Assembly: GCA_017431745.1 (NCBI GenBank)
Contig: JAFRKK010000003.1
Coordinates: 3,927 to 67,926, forward strand
DNA length: 64,000 nt
DNA from: Candidatus Saccharimonadota bacterium
GTDB taxonomy: Bacteria > Patescibacteriota > Saccharimonadia > Saccharimonadales > Saccharimonadaceae
Direction: 5' to 3'
Part shown: piece by piece, positions 1 through 9,996 of the stretch
Layout of the letters: each line of letters opens with the position of its first letter
How positions within the stretch are numbered: the first letter of the stretch is position 1
Made by a program: the position numbers and the translations under genes
The notes under the pieces: generated by a model
What the model was told of the DNA's origin: nothing
The model's database searches: none
What the model saw: the letters and a program-made list of their open reading frames with translations, nothing else

Positions 1-609
1 CGGACGCATTTGACGAATATTGGGCCCTTGCATTTATCGGGGCACGCATACTATGAAGATCATGTGGATTTTGTAACTAGGCTTCAGCCGACGAATTACA
101 TGCCTTATCACGGAGAGTTTTTCATGCTAGAACACAATGCGGAGATGGCAGAAAATGTGATTGGAATTGATAAAGATCGAATTTTGGTGTCGGATGATGG
201 GGATATCGTAGAACTGTCACCGGATAAAAAAATTCGTAAGGCGGGGCGGATTCACGTGGGAAACAGCTTGTTTGATGATGCAGACCAGCCGGTTCATGAA
301 GCAGTGGTAAAAGACCGGATTCATATTTCACGCGAGGGGATTTTTGTGATAGTTTTGACCCTGAATAAAAAGACCGGGCATTTGATGAAGACGCCGGATA
401 TTGTGTCTAGGGCGTTTATTTACCTAGATAATTCAGAGGAGTTGATTGGGAAGATTCGGCACTATCTGCGGCAGAAGACAGATAAGTCGATTGCGACAGA
501 TCCGGAGATGAAAGTGCTAAAAGAAGAAATCAAAGAAGATATTACCCACATTCTGTTTGACGCGACTGGACATACGCCGATTGTGATTCCGGTGATAAAT
601 AAAGTCTAG
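1..609 (+). CDS. rnj: Ribonuclease J, C-terminal part (gene runs off the window start)
   Basis: Frame is open from base 1. Motifs LHLSGHAY, YMPYHGE and REGIFVIV...PDIVSRAFIY...PIVIPVI are typical of the RNase J C-terminus. Confidence 0.93.
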   Translation, partial: RTHLTNIGPLHLSGHAYYEDHVDFVTRLQPTNYMPYHGEFFMLEHNAEMAENVIGIDKDRILVSDDGDIVELSPDKKIRKAGRIHVGNSLFDDADQPVHEAVVKDRIHISREGIFVIVLTLNKKTGHLMKTPDIVSRAFIYLDNSEELIGKIRHYLRQKTDKSIATDPEMKVLKEEIKEDITHILFDATGHTPIVIPVINKV

Positions 610-626
610 AAAAGCGACGGATTATG

Positions 627-635
627 TGATATAAT
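627..635 (+). promoter_or_regulatory. Extended -10 promoter (TGnTATAAT) for the tRNA-Pro cluster
   Basis: TGATATAAT ends 11 nt before the first tRNA. Confidence 0.7.
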
Positions 636-645
636 TGTAAGGTAT

Positions 646-721
646 CTGGGTGTGGCGCAGTTGGTAGCGCGCGACTTTTGGGAAGTCGAGGCCGCTGGTT
701 CAAGTCCAGTCACCCAGACCA
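646..721 (+). tRNA. tRNA-Pro(TGG)
   Basis: Acceptor stem CTGGGTG/CACCCAG, anticodon arm CGACT-TT TGG GA-AGTCG, T-loop GTTCAAG, encoded CCA. Confidence 0.97.
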
Positions 722-744
722 AAACCTTGGCAGTTATGTATTGT

Positions 745-820
745 CAGGGTGTGGCGCAGTTGGTAGCGCGCAGCGTTCGGGACGCTGAGGTCGCTGGTTC
801 AAGTCCAGTCACCCTGACCA
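745..820 (+). tRNA. tRNA-Pro(CGG)
   Basis: Acceptor CAGGGTG/CACCCTG, anticodon arm CAGCG-TT CGG GA-CGCTG, encoded CCA. Confidence 0.97.
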
Positions 821-824
821 TTTT

Positions 825-901
825 CTGGGATTGGCGCAGCCTGGTAGCGCGCACGCATGGGGTGCGTGAGGTCGCAAGTTCAAATCTTGTATCCCAGACC
901 A
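825..901 (+). tRNA. tRNA-Pro(GGG)
   Basis: Acceptor CTGGGAT/ATCCCAG, anticodon arm CACGC-AT GGG GT-GCGTG, encoded CCA. Confidence 0.95.
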
Positions 902-982
902 CGGACCAAAAATGAGCCGATTGGCTTGTTTTTTTATTTTAGATTTTATGATAAAATAGAAGAAGTAAAGGAGAAATTTTTA

Positions 983-2908
983 GTGGCGGAAAAAATGATG
1001 AATAAAACGACCGGAAGGTCAAATAATAATGATAAGTCGAATATGGTACGGAGTGCGTTGTTTACGTTTGTATTGATTTGTTTTGGGGTGTTTTTGATAA
1101 TGAACATGAATTATGGTGGACCGCAGAAAACAGAGGTGCCGATCTCAGAAGTGATTAAAAGGGCGAATGATCCAAATGGAGATATTGCAAAATTGACGGT
1201 GACTGGTAATACAGTAGATATTACTCTGAAGGGGAAGGATCAACCAACGGAAACTTCCAGGAAGGACGGAAGCGGGACTTTGTATGACCAAGGGTTGGTG
1301 AACCATTGTGAGGATTTAGAGGGTGATGAATTAAAGGCTTGCGAAGAAAAGTATCCAGCGATTGAATATAAGGAAGATAATAATGTGTGGGGGATTGTGC
1401 TGGACGTGGCACTTACGATTTTGCCGATTATTGCTATTGTAATTTTCTTTTCTTGGATGATGCGGCAAGCGACGGCGGCGAATAGTCAGTCGATGGCATT
1501 TGGGAAAGCGAAGGCTAAATTATATGGGCCAGACAAGAAAAAAGTAACATTTAAAGATGTAGCAGGAAACGAATCGGCGAAGCAGGATTTGACGGAGATT
1601 GTGGATTTTTTGAAAAATCCAAAGAAATACGAGAAACTGGGAGCGAAAATTCCGCGTGGGGTGTTACTCGCGGGTGATCCTGGGACTGGTAAGACTTTGA
1701 TGGCGCGGGCAGTAGCTGGCGAAGCTGATGTGCCGTTCTTTTCGATTTCCGGTTCGGAATTTGCAGAGATGTTTGTGGGTGTGGGGGCTTCTAGAGTGCG
1801 TGATTTGTTTTCTAAAGCAAAGAAAAATGCACCATCAATTATCTTTATCGATGAAATTGATGCGGTGGCGCATAAACGTGACGCTAGGGGTGGTGCCGGG
1901 CGTGAGGACGAGCAAACTTTAAATCAGATTTTGGTAGAAATGGATGGGTTTGATAATGATTCGGGGGTGATTGTGATGGCGGCGACAAACCGTGTAGATA
2001 TGCTAGACAAGGCGCTACTGCGTCCGGGGCGGTTTGATCGGCATGTGAATGTAACCTTGCCAGAGAGAAAGGATAGGTTAGAGATTTTGAAGGTACACTT
2101 TAAAGGAAAACCGGTATCGGAAGATGTGGATTTAGAGTCTCTTGCGAAGAAAACAGCGGGGTCTTCTGGTGCGGACCTTGCGAACATAGCGAACGAATCG
2201 GCAATTACAGCAGCGCGTGAAGGGCACAAGTCGATTACAAATGCTGATCTCACTGAAGCGTTTGAAAGAGTGGCAATTGGGCCGGAGCGGAAGTCTAAGG
2301 TGATGAACGACAAAGAACGGAAGATAACGGCTTACCATGAAGCGGGGCACGCGATTGTGGGGCATGTGCTACCGGATTCGGACCCGGTACACAAAGTTAC
2401 GATTATCCCACGAGGTTCTACTGGAGGGGTAACCTGGTTTTTGCCACCGGAGGACAGGAGCTATAAGAGCATTTATGAGCTGAAGGATATTTTGGCGCGA
2501 GCGATGGGGGGTCGGATAGCGGAGAAGTTGATTTTTGGGACAGACGCAATAACGACAGGGGCTTCTTCGGACTTGCGTAACGTAGCGGAGCTTGCGAAAT
2601 CGATGATTGTAGAAGAAGGGATGGGTGATGGTACGCGAAACTTAGTGTTCCCTTCGGAGGCTACTGGTTATTATACGATTACTACCGGCAAGCCGTATTC
2701 GGAAAAAACAGCGGAACAGATTGATGCGGAAATCAAGAAACTGTCAGATGAGGCGTCGGTAAGAGCGGAGAATGTGTTGAAAGCCAATAAAACAGTATTA
2801 GATAAATTAGCTGAGGAGCTACTAGCACACGAGACATTGGAAGAAGCGGAACTTGAGCCGATTTTGAAAGGGGCGAAATTGCCGGAAACTGCAAAACTAC
2901 ATAAATAA
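983..2908 (+). CDS. ftsH: ATP-dependent zinc metalloprotease FtsH
   Basis: Two N-terminal TM segments, Walker A GDPGTGKT, Walker [27 protein letters not shown] zinc motif. True start is probably GTG 983 (AAGGAG upstream) or ATG 995, not 857, which lies inside a tRNA. Confidence 0.97.
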   Translation: MAEKMMNKTTGRSNNNDKSNMVRSALFTFVLICFGVFLIMNMNYGGPQKTEVPISEVIKRANDPNGDIAKLTVTGNTVDITLKGKDQPTETSRKDGSGTLYDQGLVNHCEDLEGDELKACEEKYPAIEYKEDNNVWGIVLDVALTILPIIAIVIFFSWMMRQATAANSQSMAFGKAKAKLYGPDKKKVTFKDVAGNESAKQDLTEIVDFLKNPKKYEKLGAKIPRGVLLAGDPGTGKTLMARAVAGEADVPFFSISGSEFAEMFVGVGASRVRDLFSKAKKNAPSIIFIDEIDAVAHKRDARGGAGREDEQTLNQILVEMDGFDNDSGVIVMAATNRVDMLDKALLRPGRFDRHVNVTLPERKDRLEILKVHFKGKPVSEDVDLESLAKKTAGSSGADLANIANESAITAAREGHKSITNADLTEAFERVAIGPERKSKVMNDKERKITAYHEAGHAIVGHVLPDSDPVHKVTIIPRGSTGGVTWFLPPEDRSYKSIYELKDILARAMGGRIAEKLIFGTDAITTGASSDLRNVAELAKSMIVEEGMGDGTRNLVFPSEATGYYTITTGKPYSEKTAEQIDAEIKKLSDEASVRAENVLKANKTVLDKLAEELLAHETLEEAELEPILKGAKLPETAKLHK

Positions 2909-2924
2909 AAACAAGGAGGTATCA

Positions 2925-5399
2925 GTGGAGAGATTTTTGGAGTATTTTATACCGGAAAGGTACGTATTAGATATTGAGGTAGATAAGGGGCGAAAGACGA
3001 TTGGGGGAGTAGTGAAGGTTTATGGGGTATCTAAAGCTGAAAATATTAAGTTCCACGCGGTAGGCTTATCTGTTAAGGAAGTGTTAATTGATGGTAAAAA
3101 GTGGGATTTTAAATGTGAAAATGGCGTTTTGACGCTATTTAAGGTGCCTAGGAGCGATTTGAATATCGAAATAGGGTATGAGGGCACTTTGAATGAGAAT
3201 ATGCAGGGGGCATACTTATCGACTTATGAATATAATGGAAAAACGGAAATAATAGTAGCGACGCAGTTTGAGTCGCATTATGCTAGGGAGGCGTTTCCGT
3301 GTATTGATGAGCCCGCGGCAAAAGCGGTGTTTGAACTGACAATCACAGCTTCGGCAGAAGATATAGTGTTGTCTAATATGCCAGAAATGAAATTTAGTTC
3401 GGCGCCGCGTCGCTCGCGCCCGTCGCCACGGGGCGAGCGCGCTAATTCTCGCGCTGCCGCGCTCCGAAATGCGCCGAACCAAATTTCAGTTTCTGGCCGT
3501 AAAACCACTATATTTGAGCCGACGCCGAGAATGTCGACATATTTGCTGGCGTGGGTGATTGGTAAGTTTCATGGGAAAACTGTGAAGAATGAGCATGGGG
3601 TGGAGATTACGACTTACACGGCGTTGAACCAAGAAATTGATTCGGTGGATTTTGCAAATGAGGTAGCAGCACGGAGTTTGGAGTTCTATGATGATAATTT
3701 TGGGATAGATTATCCATTGAAAAAACTAGACCAAGTGGCTTTGCCAGATTTTGACGCGGGGGCAATGGAAAACTGGGGACTAGTGACTTATCGAGAATCA
3801 ATGTTACTTGCGTCGAAAGATGCGACTTTGGGGGCGCGAAAATCAGTGGCGTTAACTGTGGCGCATGAGCTTTCGCACCAGTGGTTTGGGGACCTTGTAA
3901 CGATGAAGTGGTGGGATGATTTGTGGTTAAATGAATCGTTTGCGTCGGTGATGGAATACTATGCAGTGGATGCGATTTATCCAGATTTTAAAATTTGGGA
4001 AAGCTTCTTTACGGGAGATTGTACGGCGGCTTTGAATCGGGATGCGTATCAAGGTGTGCAATCGGTGCATCAAGAGGTTCATGACCCGGAGGAAATCGTG
4101 ACCTTGTTTGATGGGGCGATTGTGTACGCCAAAGGCGCGAGATTAATGCTGATGTTGATTCGGTTGATGGGTTGGGAAGAGTTTTGCAAGGGGATACATG
4201 AGTATTTTGAAAAATATAAATATGAAAATACGGTGGGGGATAATTTGTGGGCTTGTCTTAAACCTTATGCAAAATTTGACCCGGGTGAGTTGATGCATGC
4301 ATTTATCGACCAACCCGGTTATCCAATAGTGACAAATGTGGGAGTGGATTTTGATAAGTTTACACAGAAGCGGTTTTTGTTGGACGGCGAAATGCCAGAA
4401 TCGGATTGGCCTTTGCCGGAAATCCGGGAAGATATGAGTGGGCATTATGTGCTGAATTTGAGTGACGAGGAGTTTGATGAAAGATTGAAAAGATTTGATG
4501 AGTTGGGGCTAGAAGAAAAGCTGAGGCTTTTGATTGATAGAGATTTGATTACGCGAGCGGGGGTGGTGAGCCCGGCGTCGTTGGTACCGCTGGTGATGAA
4601 GTTTAAAAACGAATCTGTGGCAGCGGTGTGGAATAAGTTAGCATCGCTAGTCGGTAATTTGAAGGTGTATTTTGATGATGAGTCGGAGGAAGAAAAGAGA
4701 TTAAAGAATTACGTTTATGAGTTGGTAGATGAGAGGTTGAAGGAAGTTGGGATGGAGACGAGAGAGGGTGACGATGAGAATACGATTCGTTTAAGAGCGA
4801 ACTTAATGGCGCTAGATTATTTTGCGGAGGATAAGGAGAGATTTGAGGAGCTGGCGGTAAAATATGAGGACGATTACAGTAAGATGGACGCTGAGGTAAG
4901 GGATTCGATTATTAGTGCTAAGGTGTATTTAGAGCCGGAGTTTGTAGATGAGTGTTTGAAAAAATACCAGGAAGTGAGCGATCCGGATGTGAAGTTTGAT
5001 TATTTGGCGGCGGCGTGTTTGGTGCGAGATGAAAAAGAGCTAGATAAATTGATTGCGCTTCTTGGTGAAAATGAGATAGTAAAGCCGCAGGACCAATTGT
5101 ATTTGTTTGTATATTTATATCGGAACCCGAAATGTAGAAAAAAGGCGTTTGAATGGCTAGTAAATAATTGGGAGACGGTGAAGAGGATAAATGGTGATAA
5201 GGCACTCGATAGCTACCCAACGATAATCGCGAAGCTTGCGAGAACGAAAGAAGAGTATGAGGATTATGTAGAATTCTTTAAGCCGATGGAAAACGATTCG
5301 TTAATGGCGCGAGCGGTGAAAATTGGGATGAACGAAATTAAAGCAAGACTAGAATTGATTGAAAAGAATAAAGAAGAAGTGCTTAAAGCGATTTCTTGA
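2925..5399 (+). CDS. pepN: M1 family aminopeptidase (PepN), with an in-frame palindromic insertion
   Basis: ATQFE...AREAFPCIDEP, GAMENWGL, HELSH-x18-E (NESFA), ERAP1-like C-terminal helical domain. RBS AAGGAGG. Confidence 0.95.
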   Translation: MERFLEYFIPERYVLDIEVDKGRKTIGGVVKVYGVSKAENIKFHAVGLSVKEVLIDGKKWDFKCENGVLTLFKVPRSDLNIEIGYEGTLNENMQGAYLSTYEYNGKTEIIVATQFESHYAREAFPCIDEPAAKAVFELTITASAEDIVLSNMPEMKFSSAPRRSRPSPRGERANSRAAALRNAPNQISVSGRKTTIFEPTPRMSTYLLAWVIGKFHGKTVKNEHGVEITTYTALNQEIDSVDFANEVAARSLEFYDDNFGIDYPLKKLDQVALPDFDAGAMENWGLVTYRESMLLASKDATLGARKSVALTVAHELSHQWFGDLVTMKWWDDLWLNESFASVMEYYAVDAIYPDFKIWESFFTGDCTAALNRDAYQGVQSVHQEVHDPEEIVTLFDGAIVYAKGARLMLMLIRLMGWEEFCKGIHEYFEKYKYENTVGDNLWACLKPYAKFDPGELMHAFIDQPGYPIVTNVGVDFDKFTQKRFLLDGEMPESDWPLPEIREDMSGHYVLNLSDEEFDERLKRFDELGLEEKLRLLIDRDLITRAGVVSPASLVPLVMKFKNESVAAVWNKLASLVGNLKVYFDDESEEEKRLKNYVYELVDERLKEVGMETREGDDENTIRLRANLMALDYFAEDKERFEELAVKYEDDYSKMDAEVRDSIISAKVYLEPEFVDECLKKYQEVSDPDVKFDYLAAACLVRDEKELDKLIALLGENEIVKPQDQLYLFVYLYRNPKCRKKAFEWLVNNWETVKRINGDKALDSYPTIIAKLARTKEEYEDYVEFFKPMENDSLMARAVKIGMNEIKARLELIEKNKEEVLKAIS
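3388..3488. repeat. Palindromic mini-element inserted in frame in pepN
   Basis: 18-bp arms TGAAATTTAGTTCGGCGC / GCGCCGAACCAAATTTCA (1 mismatch). The GC-rich core resembles the elements at 21333 (opposite strand) and 35908. Confidence 0.9.
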
Positions 5400-6612
5400 A
5401 ATCTTTAAGCGAGATTAGTTTGGATTTGCCGGTTTTGCGGTCAGTGATTTCGACGGAATCTTTTTCTAAAGTTTTGTCGGAAATGACGACGCGGTAAGGG
5501 ATGCCGATGAGGTCAGCGTCGGCGAACTTTTCGCCTGGGCGAAGGTCACGGTCATCGAGAATAATGTCGTTTTCGTGGCCTTTGTAGAATTTCTCGGCTT
5601 GTTTGACGCCCTTGTCGTCGATACCAATTAAGTAATACTTATATGGGGCGACTGATTCTGGCCAGTAGAGACCTTTATCATCTGCAAAGTACTCAGCGAG
5701 TACGCCCATCAAGCGTGAAATACCAATGCCATAACAGCCCATGTAAATTTCACGGCGTTCGTTGTTGTCGTCAGTGTATTCAAGGCCAAGTGGTTGGCTG
5801 AATTTGGTGCCGAGCTTGAAGATGTTACCGACTTCGGCGGCCGTGTCTTCGGTGAGGTCGGATTTTTTGATATTAAACTCTTTTAAGACTTCAGGAATGA
5901 CAACTTCTTTGTTTAGGACAACTGATTTATCCTTAGTATAGTAGACGGTGTCTTCGCCGACGGGGAGAAGAGTTTGGAACTCGTGAGAGAATTTAGAGAA
6001 AATACCACCAGAGGCAAAACATGGGAAAGTAACATCGCCAAGACCAACACGTTCATAAACATTTAGGTAAGCTTGGAATACTTTGTCGTAAAATTTGTCG
6101 AGATCTTTTTGTGAAGTGTGGAAGCTATACAAATCCTTCATCAAGAATTCGCGACCACGCATAATGCCGGATTTGGCACGCTTTTCGTTACGGAATTTGG
6201 TTTGGAATTGATAAATAGCAAGTGGCAAATCCTTGTAGCTAGAAATATACTCCTTCATCATGTTAGTGATTGGCTCTTCGTGGGTAGGAGCAAGGCCAAC
6301 CATGCCGCCGCTACTAACTTCAGTTTTAAACCAGATGTCGACTTCTTGGTCGGACCAACGGCCAGTTTTTTCCCAGAGTTCAGGGTTTTGAAGGGCAGTG
6401 AATTGCATTTCTTCGCAGCCGATGCTGTTTAATTCGTCACGAACAATGTTTTCGATATTGTTAATAACGCGCATGCCAAATGGTAGATAGTCATAGACAC
6501 CGGCCATTTCCTTATGGATGAAGCCAGCTCTGGTTAGTAGGGCGCCATTTGTCGCAGTTTCGTCCTTGGGTGCCTCGCGCAAGGTTTTGATAAAAGTTTG
6601 TGTCATTCTCAT
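5383..6612 (-). CDS. proS: Proline--tRNA ligase (short form, no large editing insertion)
   Basis: GFIHKEMAGVYDYLP, LAPTHEE, QFQTKFRNE.R...G..RGREFLMKD.YSF, MGCYGIGISR, C-terminal anticodon-binding domain. The 3' end overlaps the pepN 3' end convergently. Confidence 0.96.
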   Translation of the reverse strand: MRMTQTFIKTLREAPKDETATNGALLTRAGFIHKEMAGVYDYLPFGMRVINNIENIVRDELNSIGCEEMQFTALQNPELWEKTGRWSDQEVDIWFKTEVSSGGMVGLAPTHEEPITNMMKEYISSYKDLPLAIYQFQTKFRNEKRAKSGIMRGREFLMKDLYSFHTSQKDLDKFYDKVFQAYLNVYERVGLGDVTFPCFASGGIFSKFSHEFQTLLPVGEDTVYYTKDKSVVLNKEVVIPEVLKEFNIKKSDLTEDTAAEVGNIFKLGTKFSQPLGLEYTDDNNERREIYMGCYGIGISRLMGVLAEYFADDKGLYWPESVAPYKYYLIGIDDKGVKQAEKFYKGHENDIILDDRDLRPGEKFADADLIGIPYRVVISDKTLEKDSVEITDRKTGKSKLISLKDFKKSL

Positions 6613-6685
6613 AATCATTTAATTATACCCCATATTGCGGCGACGGTCAAATCTTGTTATAATAGTGGTAAATGATGGAGGTATT

Positions 6686-7810
6686 ATGATAAAAGTAAAC
6701 TGTGAACCGAAAGTAGATACTGCGAAAGCGGCGGAGATTTTGAAGGAAATCGCAAAGGATAAGATGGGGGGATGGTTTAACTTGCCGCGAAAATTTGATA
6801 TGGGGGAACTCATGCGTGTGAAGGAAGCAGCTGCAAAAATTCGTGAGGAGTCAGAGGTGTTGGTGTGTATCGGGATTGGCGGTTCGTATTTAGGGCATCG
6901 AGCGATTATTGAGGCTCTTCGTCCAAAATCGGAGGTGAAAATTGTATATGCGGGAAATTCTTTGTCGCGGCGGGAACTCGACCATGCTTTAAAATTGGTC
7001 GGGAGTCATGATTTTTCGGTGAATGTGATTTCAAAGTCGGGGACGACTTTGGAGCCGGCAATTGCATTTGGTGAGTTTAAGAAAAAATTGATTGAAAAAT
7101 ATGGTGAAGAAGAAGCGTACTCGCGGATTTATGCGACGACGGATAAGAAGGAGGGTGCGCTCCATGATGAGGCGGTGGCTTGTGGCTATACGAGGTTTGT
7201 GGTGCCGGATAATATTGGTGGGCGATACTCGGTGTTAACTTCGGTAGGGCTGTTGCCGCTTGCGGTAGCTGGAGTAAATATTGATAAATTGCTTGAGGGA
7301 GCGGCAGATGCGGCAGAAAATTCAGTGGAGCCGGCAGTGAAATATGCTTGGGAAAGGTATGAACTGGGTTCGAAAGGGCTTGATACGGAGGTATTCGCGA
7401 GTTTTGAGCCGTCGACGATGTATTTTAATGAATGGTTGAAACAGTTATTTGGTGAATCGGAAGGCAAAGGCGGACAGGGAGTATTTCCGGCTTCGGTGAT
7501 TTATTCGACAGATTTGCACTCACTCGGCCAATTTATGCAGGACGGTCGGAGGAATTTGTGGGAAACAATTATTGATTATCCGACTGATGAGATGAATGCG
7601 AAGGTAGTATCGGCGGTGAGAGTAGCGCATCGAGATGGCGGGATTCCGGTGCTAGATATTACGGTACCGTCGTTTGATGAACAGGGATTTGGGGAATTGG
7701 TGTATTTCTTTGAGCTTTCGTGTGCGATTAGTGCTAAGCTATTTGGTGTGAATCCGTTTGATCAACCGGGGGTGGAAGCGTATAAAAACGAGTTACAAAA
7801 ATTGATATAA
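6686..7810 (+). CDS. pgi: Glucose-6-phosphate isomerase (compact form)
   Basis: GIGGSYLG, SKSGTTLE, GGRYSVLT, QLFGESEGK, NPFDQPGVEAYK. Start at 6686 follows RBS GGAGG. Confidence 0.95.
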   Translation: MIKVNCEPKVDTAKAAEILKEIAKDKMGGWFNLPRKFDMGELMRVKEAAAKIREESEVLVCIGIGGSYLGHRAIIEALRPKSEVKIVYAGNSLSRRELDHALKLVGSHDFSVNVISKSGTTLEPAIAFGEFKKKLIEKYGEEEAYSRIYATTDKKEGALHDEAVACGYTRFVVPDNIGGRYSVLTSVGLLPLAVAGVNIDKLLEGAADAAENSVEPAVKYAWERYELGSKGLDTEVFASFEPSTMYFNEWLKQLFGESEGKGGQGVFPASVIYSTDLHSLGQFMQDGRRNLWETIIDYPTDEMNAKVVSAVRVAHRDGGIPVLDITVPSFDEQGFGELVYFFELSCAISAKLFGVNPFDQPGVEAYKNELQKLI

Positions 7811-7811
7811 A

Positions 7812-7838
7812 ATAATCTTGACATAGTGTCAAGATTAT
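7812..7838. terminator. Hairpin between convergent pgi and tRNA-Leu
   Basis: Perfect 12-bp stem ATAATCTTGACA-TAG-TGTCAAGATTAT. Confidence 0.6.
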
Positions 7839-7852
7839 GTTGATACAGTCTG

Positions 7853-7939
7853 TGGTGCCCGAGGCAGGACTTGAACCTGTACGGTATTACTACCACTAGC
7901 ACCTGAAGCTAGCGCGTCTACCAGTTCCGCCACTCGGGC
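7853..7939 (-). tRNA. tRNA-Leu(CAG)
   Basis: Reverse complement GCCCGAG...CTCGGGCACCA, anticodon arm CTAGC-TT CAG GT-GCTAG, long variable arm. Confidence 0.96.
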
Positions 7940-7961
7940 TTAGGGGATATTATAGCATATT

Positions 7962-8903
7962 TTATTTAGTTATAATAGTGCCAGCTTTTCCTTCTAGGGC
8001 GGCGGCAAGGTGTTTGATGTCGGTGATAATGCCGGTTCTGCCTGGTTTTTCAGCGAACTTTGCAGCGGCTTCGATTTTGGGGAGCATAGAGCCAGCTTTG
8101 AAATAGCCGTATTTTTTGAGATGGTTTATTTCTTTGACAGTAATGTTTTTGAGGGCGGTTTGTTCTTTGGTGCCAAAATTGAGATAGGCGTTAGGGACAG
8201 CCGTGACGGATACAAAGATGTCGGCTTTGGTCAACTCGGCGAGTTTTTCGGCGGCGTAATCTTTATCAATGACGGCATCGATACCTTTGAGGCGTTTTAA
8301 CACTTTAGTGCGAGTAACTGGGATACCGCCACCGCCGGTAGCAATGACAATGACTCCATCTTCGACGAGTTCTTGGATGGATTTTTTCTCAACAATATCG
8401 ATAGGCTTAGGGGAAGCAACAACACGACGCCAACCTCGGCCGGCGTCTTCTTTGACGGTCCAACCATTTTTCTTAGCAAGAGTTTTAGCTTCTTTTTTGC
8501 TGTAGAATTGACCGATGGGTTTGGTGGGGTCTTTAAAGGCCGAATCGTTTTTGTCTACTACGACTTGAGAGACGATGGTGGCAACTTTTTTGTTTTTGCC
8601 TGCTTTTAGGAAGGCATTATTGATGGCTTGAGTCAGCCAATAGCCGATTTGCCCTTGACTCATAGCTACTGCGGTTTCGAGTGGCATAGCAGGAGCTTGG
8701 TCGGTAGCGGCCTTTTCTTCATGAATGAGGATGTTACCGATTTGAGGGCCATTACCGTGAGCAATGATGATTTCGTATTTGTTAGCAAGTTCGGCGATTT
8801 TTTCGCCGACTTCGATAGCTACTTTTTTTTGGGCTTCAGCAGTGGCTTCGCCGTTTTTTTGTAAAGCATTTCCACCGAGAGCTAAGACGATTCTTTTTTT
8901 CAT
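7962..8903 (-). CDS. arcC: Carbamate kinase
   Basis: LALGGNAL, HGNGPQIG, DAGRGWRRVVASPKP, GGGGIPV, AVIDKD, GSMLPKIEAA. Confidence 0.97.
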   Translation of the reverse strand: MKKRIVLALGGNALQKNGEATAEAQKKVAIEVGEKIAELANKYEIIIAHGNGPQIGNILIHEEKAATDQAPAMPLETAVAMSQGQIGYWLTQAINNAFLKAGKNKKVATIVSQVVVDKNDSAFKDPTKPIGQFYSKKEAKTLAKKNGWTVKEDAGRGWRRVVASPKPIDIVEKKSIQELVEDGVIVIATGGGGIPVTRTKVLKRLKGIDAVIDKDYAAEKLAELTKADIFVSVTAVPNAYLNFGTKEQTALKNITVKEINHLKKYGYFKAGSMLPKIEAAAKFAEKPGRTGIITDIKHLAAALEGKAGTIITK

Positions 8904-8988
8904 ATTTTTATTATAGCACAAGTGTTAAAATTGCTTGTGCTTAAGGTTGATTTGATGTATAATAAAAGCATAAACAAGGGCATCATAA

Positions 8989-9996
8989 ATGGATTTTTAC
9001 GGAAAAGATTTTTTAAGAATATTGGATTTTAGTGAGGAAGAGCTGCATTATATGTTGGCAGTGGCGAGAAAATTTAAGGAAATGAAAAAACAGGGAATGA
9101 ACCATAAGTATTTCCCGCAGAAAAACATTGCGATTTTATTTGAAAAAACATCAACTAGGACGAGATGTTCGTTTGAAGTGGCGGGATATGACCTTGGGAT
9201 GGGAGTGACATATTTGGATCCGACAGGTTCACAGATGGGGCATAAAGAATCAATTGCGGATACAGCAAGGGTTTTGGCTAGAATATATGATGGTATTGAA
9301 TACCGTGGGTTCGATCAAAGAGTGGTAGATGAATTGGCAAAATATTCAGACGTGCCCGTATGGAATGGTTTGACTGATGAATGTCACCCGACGCAGGCGC
9401 TAGGTGATTTTATGACGATTGAAGAACATTTTGGAAAATTGCAAGGACTTACTGTGGCATTTGTAGGTGATACTAGGAATAATACGGCGAATTCTTTGAT
9501 GGCGATGAGTGCGAAAATGGGCGTGAACTTTATTGCTTGTGGTCCGAATGAATTGAGACCGACAGAAGAGATTGTGAAAAAATGCAGCGAAGTGGCGGAG
9601 AAGAACAATTGCACCATTACGGTGACGAATGATATTAATACTCTTTCTGGCGTTGCGGATGTAATTTATGCTGATGTGTGGCTATCAATGGGCGAGGCAA
9701 AGGAAAAATGGGGCGAGAGAATTGAGCTTCTAAAACCGTATCAGGTCAATAAAGAATTGATGAGTAAAATGAAAGATACAACGATTTTCTTGCATTGTTT
9801 GCCTTCATTCCATAATACCGATACGACGATTGCGAAAGAAATTGAATCGACTTTTGGTTTGAAGGAAATGGAGGTGACAGACGAGGTATTTGAATCGGAT
9901 AAATCGTTAGTGTTTGACCAAGCAGAAAATCGCATGCACACAATTAAAGCGGTGATGTACTTAACACTCTACAAAAAGGAGGAGCCACAACAATGA
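8989..9996 (+). CDS. arcB: Ornithine carbamoyltransferase (catabolic by context)
   Basis: FEKTSTRTR, VWNGLTDECHPTQ, DVWLSMGE, HCLP, QAENRMHTIKA. Adjacent to arcA and arcC. Confidence 0.96.
   Translation: MDFYGKDFLRILDFSEEELHYMLAVARKFKEMKKQGMNHKYFPQKNIAILFEKTSTRTRCSFEVAGYDLGMGVTYLDPTGSQMGHKESIADTARVLARIYDGIEYRGFDQRVVDELAKYSDVPVWNGLTDECHPTQALGDFMTIEEHFGKLQGLTVAFVGDTRNNTANSLMAMSAKMGVNFIACGPNELRPTEEIVKKCSEVAEKNNCTITVTNDINTLSGVADVIYADVWLSMGEAKEKWGERIELLKPYQVNKELMSKMKDTTIFLHCLPSFHNTDTTIAKEIESTFGLKEMEVTDEVFESDKSLVFDQAENRMHTIKAVMYLTLYKKEEPQQ

Noticed and set aside
652-915. 87-aa ORF over the tRNA cluster
   Set aside because: It is a translation of three tRNA genes; its internal repeats simply reflect tRNA similarity.
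857-982. N-terminal extension of FtsH in the ORF track
   Set aside because: It overlaps tRNA-Pro(GGG). An RBS and start codons occur at 983/995.
5383-5399. Convergent overlap of pepN and proS 3' ends
   Set aside because: Short convergent overlaps are ordinary in compact genomes.
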